Assembly: GCA_903911145.1 (NCBI GenBank)
Contig: CAIWCD010000005.1
Span: forward strand, 1 to 64,000
DNA: 64,000 nt
Direction: 5' to 3'
From: an uncultured delta proteobacterium
GTDB taxonomy: Bacteria > Myxococcota > Myxococcia > Myxococcales > 40CM-4-68-19
The position numbers were made by a program, and so were the translations under genes. Below, one piece after another: positions 54,729 to 64,000 of the stretch. Within the stretch, counting starts at the first letter, position 1. Every line of letters begins with the position of its first letter. The notes below the pieces were generated by a model. It saw only the letters and a list, made by a program, of their open reading frames with translations, searched no databases and was not told where the DNA came from.

Positions 54729-57527
54729 ATGTCGAGCACTTCGCAGACTCCTCCTCCGCATCCTCCTCGCGCGCAATCGCTCACTCCAGCGGTCCTGCGC
54801 GCGCGCGAGCGCCTTGCTCTGGGCCGCGCGGAGATCCGCGGGCGACACCAGGCGGGCGCGGGAGGACAGGAGATCGTCCGGGCGATCTCGGCGCTGACCG
54901 ACGAGGTGATCTGCGAGCTGTTCGCCGCCATCACAAACGAGATCGTTGGTGTTCAAAGCATCCCGCTCGCGCTCGTCGCGACCGGTGGGTACGGACGGCA
55001 CGAACTCGCGCCACGCTCGGATGTCGATCTGCTCGCGCTGCTCCCCGACGAGAACGCTCCAGGGGCTGCCGAGGCCGCGCTGGTGGCGGAGCAGCTGCAT
55101 CGCGCGCTCTGGGATGCGGGGCTCGAGGCGGGGTTCGCCGCGCGAACCTTGGCGCAGTCGCTCGCTCTGGCTGATCAGGATCACACCGCGCGCACGGCGC
55201 TGCTCGATTGCCGGCTGATCGCAGGCGATGCGGCGCTCTACAAGACGCTCGAGCGTGCGGCGGTCGTCGAGTGGGATTCGCGGCGAGTCGAAGAGTTCAT
55301 CAAGGACAAGCTCGACGAGCAGCAGGCGCGCCGGAAGCGATACGGCGGCTCTATCTGGCTGCTCGAGCCGCATCTCAAACAGGGCAAGGGCGGCCTGCGC
55401 GATCTGCAATGCGCGCTCTGGATCGCGCGCGCACGTCACAAGGTCGCAGGGCTCGGCGAAGCGGGCGAGCGCGGTCTTCTTCCCTCGCGCGACGTCGCGG
55501 CCGCGCGAGCCGCGAGAGATTGGCTCTGGCGCCTGCGCAACGAGCTGCACGAGACGACGGGCCGCCGCGATGATCGCCTCACGTTCGACAACCAGAGGAA
55601 GATTGCGCAGGCCCTCGGCTACGCCGACACAGAGCACGAGTTGGGTGTCGAGCGGCTCATGCGCGAGACGTACACGGCGCTGCAGGAGATCGCGCGCGCC
55701 TCCGATGCGCTGATCGATCGCTGCGCGATTGAAGAGATTCCACGTCCGTCGTCGCTGGTGACGAGTCTCCCTGCGCTCGCCGGTGCACTGCTCGGGCGCA
55801 GGCCGCCCCAGGCCAAGCCGATCGACGCGGCCTTCAAGCTGTGGCACGGGCGCATCACCGTCGCCGACAAGGACACGTTTGCGCGCAGGCACGCAGATCT
55901 CGTGCGCGTCTTCGCCGTCGCGGAATCTCTCGACGTCCCGATCTACAGCTACGCGCGTGATCTGCTCGTGCAGGAGCTCGCCCGCCTCGGGCCTGAGCTC
56001 GCCAACGATCGAGACGCCCACTTCGAGTGCTGGCAGATCTTCACGCGCGAGGGCAGCGTCGGTGCGCAGCTCTTCGCGATGCATGAACTGGGTGTGCTCG
56101 GCGCGCTCTTCCCCGAGTTGCAGCGGCTGCGGGCCCGCGCGCAGCACAGCCTCTACCATGTGTACACGGTCGACACGCACACCGTCTTCGCGCTCCAGCG
56201 CATGTGCCGATTGCGCGCTGGCGCGCTCGGCGAAGAAGAGCCGGAGCTCACGCGGGTCGCACGCGCGCAGGAGCGGCCGCTCGCGCTCATGCTCGGTCTG
56301 CTCTTCCACGACCTCGGAAAAGGGCTCGGCGGTGATCATTCACAGCGCGGCGCCGAGTTGGTCCGGGCCTACGCAGAGCGGGTCGCGCTCGATCCGGCCG
56401 ACGCGGCAGACGTCGAGTGGCTGGTGCTGCAGCACCTGACGATGAGCCACATCTCGCAGCGTCGCGATCTCGAGGACGTCGAGTTGATCGAAGCGTTCGC
56501 GCGCGACTGCCGCACGGTCGAGCGTCTCGAGATGCTCTACCTCCTGACCTACGCAGACATGGCCTCGGTGTCGCCGGAGAATTGGAACGGGTGGAAAGCG
56601 GGCCTCTTGCGCACGCTCTATGAAAAGGCCCACGCGGTGCTGCAGGCGGAGGGCATGGACGCCCCTGAGCATGAGCGCGTTCTGGAGGCGCGGCGCGATC
56701 GGCTCGCCGCGCAGATCGCGGCCCTGCTTGCTCCCGTCGAGGAGCCGTCTCTTCGCGGACGTCCAGAGCGTGCGCGGCCCACCAGTGCGCCACCGCCGAC
56801 GACTCCGACTTCTCTCGCGACGCAGTTCGTTCACGCTGCACCGGAGCGATATCTCTCCACGGTGCGACCCGCTGATGCCGCGCGCCATCTCGCGCTCTGG
56901 CTCGATGCACGCCGAAGCGGTTTCGCCTCGGAGTTGCGGCTGCGGGAGAGCGGCGAGGCGGAGTTGACGCTGCTTGCTCCGGATCGTCCCGGTCTCCTTG
57001 CGCTCTTCTCGGCCGCGCTGGCTGCGGCCGGGATCGATATTCTCACCGCAGAGGTTCATTCGCTCGAAGGAGGGATCGCACTCGATCGCTTCCTCGTCCG
57101 CGAACCCGGCGGCGGTGCTCCCGCGGTTGGTCGATGGGAGACGGCGCGCAACGATCTGCGCAAGCTGCTCGCGGGCGAGGAGAGTCCGGCGCGCCTTGTT
57201 CAGAAGCGGTTGCGGCGCTCTGCCTATGCCAGCGCGCAGCCCGCGGTGGAGACGCGGGTGCGCCTCGACAACCGGTCGTCGCAGCGCTTCACTGTGCTCG
57301 ACGTGATCGCGCAGGACCGCCCTGGGCTTCTCTTTGCGATCGCCGAAGCACTTCACGATGCAGGCGCGTCGATCGAGTTGGCGCGAATCGCGACAGAGGG
57401 CAACCGCGCCGCCGACGCGTTCTACCTGCGGGACGCGCGTGCCGCGGGCCGCAAGTTGGTTGACGACGCACGTGGTGCGCAGGTGCTGCAGGCCGTCCGA
57501 TCCGCCATCGCCGCTCTGGGCGCGTAG
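54729..57527 (+). CDS. glnD: [Protein-PII] uridylyltransferase
   Basis: ATGGYGR.ELAPRSDVDL, EP.LK.GKGGLRD, YHVYTVDTH, HDLGKG, two ACT domains (DRPGLL). Confidence 0.95.
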   Translation: MSSTSQTPPPHPPRAQSLTPAVLRARERLALGRAEIRGRHQAGAGGQEIVRAISALTDEVICELFAAITNEIVGVQSIPLALVATGGYGRHELAPRSDVDLLALLPDENAPGAAEAALVAEQLHRALWDAGLEAGFAARTLAQSLALADQDHTARTALLDCRLIAGDAALYKTLERAAVVEWDSRRVEEFIKDKLDEQQARRKRYGGSIWLLEPHLKQGKGGLRDLQCALWIARARHKVAGLGEAGERGLLPSRDVAAARAARDWLWRLRNELHETTGRRDDRLTFDNQRKIAQALGYADTEHELGVERLMRETYTALQEIARASDALIDRCAIEEIPRPSSLVTSLPALAGALLGRRPPQAKPIDAAFKLWHGRITVADKDTFARRHADLVRVFAVAESLDVPIYSYARDLLVQELARLGPELANDRDAHFECWQIFTREGSVGAQLFAMHELGVLGALFPELQRLRARAQHSLYHVYTVDTHTVFALQRMCRLRAGALGEEEPELTRVARAQERPLALMLGLLFHDLGKGLGGDHSQRGAELVRAYAERVALDPADAADVEWLVLQHLTMSHISQRRDLEDVELIEAFARDCRTVERLEMLYLLTYADMASVSPENWNGWKAGLLRTLYEKAHAVLQAEGMDAPEHERVLEARRDRLAAQIAALLAPVEEPSLRGRPERARPTSAPPPTTPTSLATQFVHAAPERYLSTVRPADAARHLALWLDARRSGFASELRLRESGEAELTLLAPDRPGLLALFSAALAAAGIDILTAEVHSLEGGIALDRFLVREPGGGAPAVGRWETARNDLRKLLAGEESPARLVQKRLRRSAYASAQPAVETRVRLDNRSSQRFTVLDVIAQDRPGLLFAIAEALHDAGASIELARIATEGNRAADAFYLRDARAAGRKLVDDARGAQVLQAVRSAIAALGA

Positions 57528-57562
57528 CGATGCTGGCCTCGACGATGGGACCCGCACGGATA

Positions 57563-57593
57563 TGACAATGTGACTCTTATTGTCACATTGTCA
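57563..57593. repeat. Perfect 12-bp inverted repeat with 7-nt spacer between convergent glnD and xerD
   Basis: TGACAATGTGAC-tcttatt-GTCACATTGTCA. Confidence 0.9.
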
Positions 57594-57605
57594 CTTCCGA
57601 CGTCT

Positions 57606-58510
<905 letters not shown>

Positions 58511-58511
<1 letters not shown>

Positions 58512-59140
58512 CACCCGTGCTCCTCGAACTTCCCTTTGCCCTGGCGGAGGATCTCGGGGATGGGACCGCAGAGATCGAGCACGGTGCTCGGCTCATTCAA
58601 CGTCGCGCCGCCGTCGAGAATCAGATCGATCGCGTGGCCGAGCTGCTCCTGTACTTCGCCCGCATCGATGGGCATCTCCATCTCGGCGTCGGGAAGTTGC
58701 GCTGAGGTGGTGGCGAGCGGTCTTCCGAGCGCCTCGACCAGCGCGAGCGCGATCGGTGCATCGGGGATGCGGATACCGACCGTGCGCTGTCGGGTGAGCG
58801 CGGTGCGCGGCACGATCTTCGTCGCAGGAAGAACGAACGTGAACGGCCCCGGAGTCAGCCGCTTGATGATTCGATAGGCCTCGTTGCTGACGATGGCGTA
58901 CTTCGCGACCTCGGCGAGATCGGCGCAGAGGATGGTGAACGGCTTGCGATCGTCGCGCCGCTTGAGCGCAGCCATCCGCTCGACGGCCTTCTTCTGCGAG
59001 AAGTCGCAGCCGATCGCGTAGTAGGTGTCGGTTGGATAGGCGATGATCCCGTTCGCCTCGAGCGCCGCGAGCGCGCGCTGGATGTGATGCGGCTGCGGGT
59101 GCCGCGCATCGACCTCTTGAATCGGAGCTTGTCTGGCCAC
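58511..59140 (-). CDS. Sua5/YciO/YrdC family threonylcarbamoyl-AMP synthase-like protein
   Basis: IIAYPTDTYYAIGCD, PGPFTFVL, VGIRIP, TTSA, PSTVLD; HPQP N-terminus resembles the YciO subtype. Confidence 0.88.
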
Positions 59141-59268
59141 GAGGGAAGCCTCTCTCGGGAATCACGTTCCGTAAAGAAAACGGGCGCGTCGACTCCTCTG
59201 GCTGCCTTGTCCGTGGAGCCCTCCTATGGTAATGGCGCGCGCCTCATCACCCACGAGGGAGTTTTCAC

Positions 59269-59706
59269 ATGGCCATCGAGCGTACGTTCTCCATTCTCAA
59301 GCCCGACGCACTCCAGTCCGGCGTCATCGGCAAGGTCCTCGCGAAGTTCGAGGAGGCCGGTCTCAAGCCCGTGGCGATGAAGATGGTGCAGCTCTCGCGC
59401 GCCGAGGCCGAGGAGTTCTACGGCATCCACCGCGAGCGCGGCTTCTTCAAGGCGCTCATCGACTTCATGACGTCGGGCCCGGTGATCCTGCAGGTTCTCG
59501 AGGGCGAGAACGCGATCGCGAAGAACCGCGAAGTGATGGGCGCGACGAACCCGGCCAACGCCGCGGAGGGCACCATCCGCCGGTCGTTCGCCAAGAGCAT
59601 CGACGCCAACACCGTGCACGGCTCCGACTCGGCGGAGAACGCCAAGATCGAGATCGCCTACTTCTTCGCGGGCACCGAGATCGTCAAGTACAACTGGGCG
59701 AAGTAA
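59269..59706 (+). CDS. ndk: Nucleoside-diphosphate kinase
   Basis: [28 protein letters not shown]. Confidence 0.98.
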   Translation: MAIERTFSILKPDALQSGVIGKVLAKFEEAGLKPVAMKMVQLSRAEAEEFYGIHRERGFFKALIDFMTSGPVILQVLEGENAIAKNREVMGATNPANAAEGTIRRSFAKSIDANTVHGSDSAENAKIEIAYFFAGTEIVKYNWAK

Positions 59707-59752
59707 GAGTTCACGTACGCGGCGGAGCCGGGCGCGTTAGAGTGGAGCCACT

Positions 59753-61051
59753 TTGGTTCCAATCTGGCAGTGGGTCGCCGTCGCGGCCGGACTTTTCGGC
59801 TCCGCATTCTTCTCCTCCTCCGAGACTGCGCTGACCGCGCTCGGCGAGGCGCGCGTCGCTTCGCTGATCGAACAGGGAGGAACCACCGCGCGCCCGCTTC
59901 GGCTCTGGCAGCGCGATCCCGATCGCGTCCTGATCGCGCTGCTCATCGGCAACACGCTCGTCAACGTCGGCATGGGCATTCTCGCGACGATGATCGCGGA
60001 CGGGTACGGCGTCGGTGATCATCCGGCGGTCCTCACTGGCGTCACGACCTGCGCGCTGCTCACGTTCGGTGAGATCACGCCGAAGACCTTTGCCAAGCGA
60101 TATGCGAGCGGTGTTGCCGTGGCCGCGATGCCGCTGGTTGCGCTGACGACGTTCATCCTCTGGCCGGTCGTGTGGATCTTCGCGGCCGTGCCCCGCCTGC
60201 TCCAGCGCGCGATCGGTGCGGAGGGGCCTTCGCAATCTCCCGTGACGTCGCAGGAGTTGGGCTTCCTGATTGAGCACGGCGCGCGCCACGGTGCGCTCGA
60301 CGCGGCATCAGAAGAGCTGCTCAGCTCGGTGCTGAAGTTCAGTGAGACGCGCGTGAAGGAGATCATGGTTCCGCGCACGCAGGTGGTCGCGCTCGAGGCG
60401 ACGGCGACCTACGAGGAGACGCTCAAGCTCGTCACCGAGAGCGAACTGTCGCGCATCCCCGTCTATCGCGAGACAATGGACGAAGTGATCGGCGTGCTCC
60501 AGTCGCGCCGTTTTCTCGCCGAGCAGCGCGGTGGAGTTCTGCCGGCGGCGTTCACGTTGAGCCGCTACATCAAGCCGCCGTTCTTCGTCCCCGACGCGAT
60601 GAAGGTCGCGCGCGTTCTCAGCGAGATGCAGAAGCGCAAGACGCATCTGGCGATCGTCGTCGATGAGCACGGTGGCACCTCCGGCATCGCGACGCTCGAG
60701 GACGTTCTCGAAGAGATCGTCGGCGAGATTCACGACGAGAGCGATGTCGAGGTGAAGCGCCTTCGCGTGCTCCAGGACGGCGTCGTGCTCGCCGATGCGC
60801 AGGTTGCCATCCGCGATGTCGAAGAGCAGCTCGGCGTCGAGTTTCCCGAGGGAGACTTCGACACGCTTGGCGGATTTCTCACGGCCACCGCAGGGCGCGT
60901 TCCCCCTGCTGGCTCGCTGGTGGTCTGGGGGCCGCTGACGTTCACGGTGAAGGCCGCAGACGAGAAGCGCGTGCTGCGCGTCGAGATCGCGCGTGCGCCA
61001 GAGCGGCCGGCGTCGCGGCCGCCACCCGTGAAGAGTGCGCCGGAGAGCTGA
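59753..61051 (+). CDS. Hemolysin/CNNM family protein (DUF21 + CBS + CorC)
   Basis: FFSSSETAL, FGEITPK, IMVPR, SRIPVY, VVDEHGG..G..TLED.LEEIVGEI.DE. Confidence 0.92.
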   Translation: MVPIWQWVAVAAGLFGSAFFSSSETALTALGEARVASLIEQGGTTARPLRLWQRDPDRVLIALLIGNTLVNVGMGILATMIADGYGVGDHPAVLTGVTTCALLTFGEITPKTFAKRYASGVAVAAMPLVALTTFILWPVVWIFAAVPRLLQRAIGAEGPSQSPVTSQELGFLIEHGARHGALDAASEELLSSVLKFSETRVKEIMVPRTQVVALEATATYEETLKLVTESELSRIPVYRETMDEVIGVLQSRRFLAEQRGGVLPAAFTLSRYIKPPFFVPDAMKVARVLSEMQKRKTHLAIVVDEHGGTSGIATLEDVLEEIVGEIHDESDVEVKRLRVLQDGVVLADAQVAIRDVEEQLGVEFPEGDFDTLGGFLTATAGRVPPAGSLVVWGPLTFTVKAADEKRVLRVEIARAPERPASRPPPVKSAPES

Positions 61052-61072
61052 GCGCGCGGCTGCGAAGCGAGG

Positions 61073-62173
61073 TCAGGGTGTTTCTGAGCGCGAGATCGTC
61101 GCGCCTGGCGTCGCCACCAGATCCGTCGAGCCGTTGGAGATCTCACATCCTGACAGCGTGAGTACGCCCTGCGATGCGACTGCCGCGGCGGCCTGTCCCG
61201 CGCCCTGGATCATGCATCCACGAATCGCCGCGCGTCCCCCCATGACCGAGACGGCCGCGCCTCCGTTGTCCAGAATGCGATCCCCGTCCGAATCGATCTG
61301 GCTGTTGTTCGCGTACAGCCCGTCCCCCTCGAGCCCCTGCGCGTCGGAGCGCGCACCGGAGATGAGATTCTGCGAGAGAGAGGCTGTCGAGTTGAGAAGC
61401 TTGATGCCGATGCTTCCGGCGCGAACGATTCGGTTGCCGCGAATCCGCAGCGGGTGCGCGCCGGAGATTGAGAGGGCAGCTTCGCTGAAAGGTCCATCGA
61501 ACAGCGTCTCCTCGATCGAACCCGAGCTGAGAATTACGCCCGCTCCCGTCCGGCTGGTCTCTGCGATGCGACTCGCCTTGAGCTCGAAGCGGGAATGAAA
61601 CGCCAGCAAGCCGTACTCGGTGCGCGTGATGTGCAGGTGATCAATTCGGGCGCGCGTGTGGGCGAGGTAGAGCGCCGACCCGCGGTGATCGGCCAGTTCG
61701 AGACTCGAGATCGTCGCGTCGCAACCCTGGAGCCAGACTCCGAACTGGCTCGTGTGCGCGACTCCTCCTCCTCGCAGCGAGAGCGAGCCCCGATGCATCA
61801 CAATACCGCGCGTTCCGCCGACGACGTGGACCTCGAGCAACGCCACACCGAACGCGTCCTCGGCTGCGATGCCGACGCCTCTCGGCGATGCGCGCACAAG
61901 CAGCCCTTCAACGGTGACGCCATTTCCGCGGATGGTGAGCGTTGTCTCTCCGCCCTCGAGCGTTGCTCCGGGCGACGCGATGAGGTGCACGCGCGGGCCG
62001 ATCGTCCACGGGCCGCGATAGTTGCCCGCGGGAAGTTGCACGGTCTGCCCCGGCTGCAGCGATGCAGCCCAGGCTGCGTCGGGCATGGCGGCAAGCAGCC
62101 CACGCGGCACAAGCGCCAGCGCGAGGAGCAGCAGGCAGCTGGCGCGCAGACGCGTTGGATGGTGCGCAGGCAT
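61073..62173 (-). CDS. Secreted right-handed parallel beta-helix repeat protein
   Basis: ATG 62173 with signal peptide; PG..V.L..G.Y.GP; repeated GIxL/N.I beta-helix turns. Confidence 0.7.
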   Translation of the reverse strand: MPAHHPTRLRASCLLLLALALVPRGLLAAMPDAAWAASLQPGQTVQLPAGNYRGPWTIGPRVHLIASPGATLEGGETTLTIRGNGVTVEGLLVRASPRGVGIAAEDAFGVALLEVHVVGGTRGIVMHRGSLSLRGGGVAHTSQFGVWLQGCDATISSLELADHRGSALYLAHTRARIDHLHITRTEYGLLAFHSRFELKASRIAETSRTGAGVILSSGSIEETLFDGPFSEAALSISGAHPLRIRGNRIVRAGSIGIKLLNSTASLSQNLISGARSDAQGLEGDGLYANNSQIDSDGDRILDNGGAAVSVMGGRAAIRGCMIQGAGQAAAAVASQGVLTLSGCEISNGSTDLVATPGATISRSETP

Positions 62174-62239
62174 GAAGGCCGGACAGTACCCTGCGCGCCG
62201 CGCTGGCCGATCGCACTTGATGGTGTACAAGCAGCGCGC

Positions 62240-63442
62240 ATGCTTCCTGTCGTCTCGCCAAATCCTCCGCAGAGCCCTGCGCCAGACGAGCGCCCGGATC
62301 TGCGCACGCTCTCTCTGTCCGCGCTGCAGGCACTCGTCGCGCTCCTCGGCGAGAAACCGTTTCGTGCCAAGCAGCTCTTCCGCTGGCTGCATCACAAAGG
62401 CGCGGCCTCGTTCGATGAGATGACCGATCTGGCGCGGCCGTTTCGCGAGCAGCTTGCGCGCGAGACGCAGCTGACGCGGCTCACCGCTGACGCCGTGCAG
62501 GTCTCGACCGACGGCACGCGCAAGTATCGCTTCCGCACCTGGGACAATCGCTTCATCGAGTCGGTCTACATGCCCGACGAGGTCGGCGAGCCCGCGTTCG
62601 ATCCCGATGCCGACGATGAAGATCCCGTCGAAGAGCCTCTCGCGCGCAGCAGTGGCAAGCCCGCGCGCGTGCGCCGTACGCTCTGTGTTTCGACGCAGGT
62701 TGGCTGCGCGATGGGCTGCCGTTTCTGCATGACGGGAACGATGGGTCTGGTGCGCAACCTGACCGCCGGCGAGATCGTCGATCAGGTCTATCGCGTCAAC
62801 GCGGACCTGCGCGGCATCAACAAGGGCGAGATGGATGCGCAGCGCCCATTGACCAACCTCGTCTACATGGGGATGGGCGAGCCACTGCATAATTATGCAA
62901 ACGTGAAGCGCTCGCTCGATCTGCTGCTGCACCAGGATGGCGCGAACTTCAGCCACCGGCACGTCACGGTGAGCACGTCTGGCCTCGTCCCGAACATTCT
63001 GCGGCTCGGCGAAGAGACGCAGGTGAAGCTCGCGGTGAGCTTGAACGCGACCACCGATGAGCAGCGCGCGAAGCTGATGCCGGTCGACAAGAAGTGGAAC
63101 ATCGCGGCGCTGCTCGAGGCGTGCCGGCAGTTCCCGATGAAGAACGGGCGTCGCATCACGTTTGAGTACGTGATGCTGCGCGGAGTGAACGACACCGACG
63201 AGGACGCGGAGCGCCTGTCGACGCTGCTCGCGGGGATGCCGGTGAAGGTCAATCTCATCCCGTACAACGAGAATCCGGGTCTTGGCTTCGGCGATCCGGG
63301 CGTCGAGCGGGTGCAGGCGTTCCGGCGGCATCTCGAGCGGCGCGGCTTCGCTGCGATGGTGCGCAAGAACCGCGGGCGGGACATCGCGGCGGCCTGTGGA
63401 CAGCTCGCAGTGGCAGGGCAGGAGCGACCGCGCGCACGATAA
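62240..63442 (+). CDS. rlmN: 23S rRNA (adenine2503-C2)-methyltransferase RlmN
   Basis: FRAKQL, DGTRKY, CVSTQVGCAMGCRFC (radical SAM), MGMGEP, NLIPYN, DIAAACGQL. Confidence 0.96.
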   Translation: MLPVVSPNPPQSPAPDERPDLRTLSLSALQALVALLGEKPFRAKQLFRWLHHKGAASFDEMTDLARPFREQLARETQLTRLTADAVQVSTDGTRKYRFRTWDNRFIESVYMPDEVGEPAFDPDADDEDPVEEPLARSSGKPARVRRTLCVSTQVGCAMGCRFCMTGTMGLVRNLTAGEIVDQVYRVNADLRGINKGEMDAQRPLTNLVYMGMGEPLHNYANVKRSLDLLLHQDGANFSHRHVTVSTSGLVPNILRLGEETQVKLAVSLNATTDEQRAKLMPVDKKWNIAALLEACRQFPMKNGRRITFEYVMLRGVNDTDEDAERLSTLLAGMPVKVNLIPYNENPGLGFGDPGVERVQAFRRHLERRGFAAMVRKNRGRDIAAACGQLAVAGQERPRAR

Positions 63443-63459
63443 CAAGGCGTCTTCGTGGC

Positions 63460-63493
63460 GTCACAGTTACAGCGATGACACCTCGTTGTCACA
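63460..63493 (+). promoter_or_regulatory. Putative Pho-box-like direct repeats upstream of the OmpR-family regulator
   Basis: GTTACA (63466), GACACC (63477) and GTCACA (63488) at 11-bp spacing, plus GTCACA at 63460. Confidence 0.45.
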
Positions 63494-63514
63494 AAGCGCC
63501 GATAGATGCCTTCC

Positions 63515-64000
63515 GTGCCGAATATCCTCATCGTCGATGACGAACGCGACCTGGTACAGGTGGTCGAGTTCAATCTGCGCCAGGCGGGATTCGAGACTGC
63601 GAGCGCCTTCGATGGCGAGCAGGCTCTCGCACTCGTGAAGCAGCGCGTGCCCGATCTCATCGTGCTCGATCTGATGCTGCCGGACATTCCGGGCACCGAG
63701 ATCTGCCGCAATCTGAAGTCGAACCCACGCACGAAGAACGTGCCCGTCATCATGCTCACGGCGCGCGGCGACGAGGTCGATCGCGTCGTTGGATTCGAGT
63801 TGGGAGCCGACGATTTCGTGACCAAGCCGTTCTCGGTGCGCGAGTTGGTGCTGCGCGTGAAGGCGATTCTCCGGCGTGGCGCTGGTGTTGAGGAGGAGCG
63901 GTTGCGCGAGAAGGTGGGTCCGGTGCGCGTCGACCCGACGGCTCACCGTGCCTTCGTCGGTGCAGCCGAGATCGAGCTGACCGCGCTCGAGTTCAAGCTG
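63515..64000 (+). CDS. OmpR/PhoB-family response regulator, truncated by window end (alternative start ATG 63506)
   Basis: PNILIVDDERDL, LDLMLPD, MLTARGDEVDRVVGFELGADDFVTKPFSVREL, ...LTALEFKL. Missing from the ORF track because it has no stop in the window. Confidence 0.9.
   Translation, partial: MPNILIVDDERDLVQVVEFNLRQAGFETASAFDGEQALALVKQRVPDLIVLDLMLPDIPGTEICRNLKSNPRTKNVPVIMLTARGDEVDRVVGFELGADDFVTKPFSVRELVLRVKAILRRGAGVEEERLREKVGPVRVDPTAHRAFVGAAEIELTALEFKL

Noticed and set aside
53541..56339. 932-aa minus-strand ORF and similar long antisense ORFs (e.g. 7582-9219, 25493-27400, 57570-58877)
   Set aside because: Stop-free shadows opposite well-supported genes, expected from high-GC codon bias; no recognisable motifs.
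61595..62239. N-terminal extension of RlmN to 615 aa, and the reciprocal 790-aa extension of the beta-helix ORF
   Set aside because: Mutual antisense shadows of two divergent genes starting near 62240 (+) and 62173 (-).

Overview
High-GC bacterial chromosomal window. Gene content and order suggest a Myxococcota/Deltaproteobacteria-like host (inference). It opens inside a giant His-rich protein (>2980 aa, open from base 1 to 8946) with a 63-bp coding tandem repeat, internal helical repeats and a C-terminal DUF4157 (eCIS-associated HExxH) domain. Most of the rest is housekeeping (ftsB, diguanylate cyclase, PIN-PhoH, truA, clpX, Hsp70, PrkA, mutS, amidase, glnD, xerD, ndk, rlmN, PhoB-like regulator) mixed with many peptidases and hydrolases (M28, M61, M13, S9, M16 pair, alpha/beta-hydrolase pair, MBL-fold) and signalling genes. 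The most unusual element is a four-gene unit at 44638-48494: ECF sigma, anti-sigma and two tandem paralogous membrane proteins that each fuse duplicated MotA/ExbB-like transmembrane modules to a C-terminal FliL-like domain, with no MotB or flagellar genes nearby. Also notable are many apparently leaderless genes, including an 18-bp bidirectional promoter between Hsp70 and prkA, and a perfect AT-rich palindrome just downstream of xerD. I saw no rRNA, tRNA, CRISPR array or transposase. All family calls come from motif recognition by eye; no searches were run.
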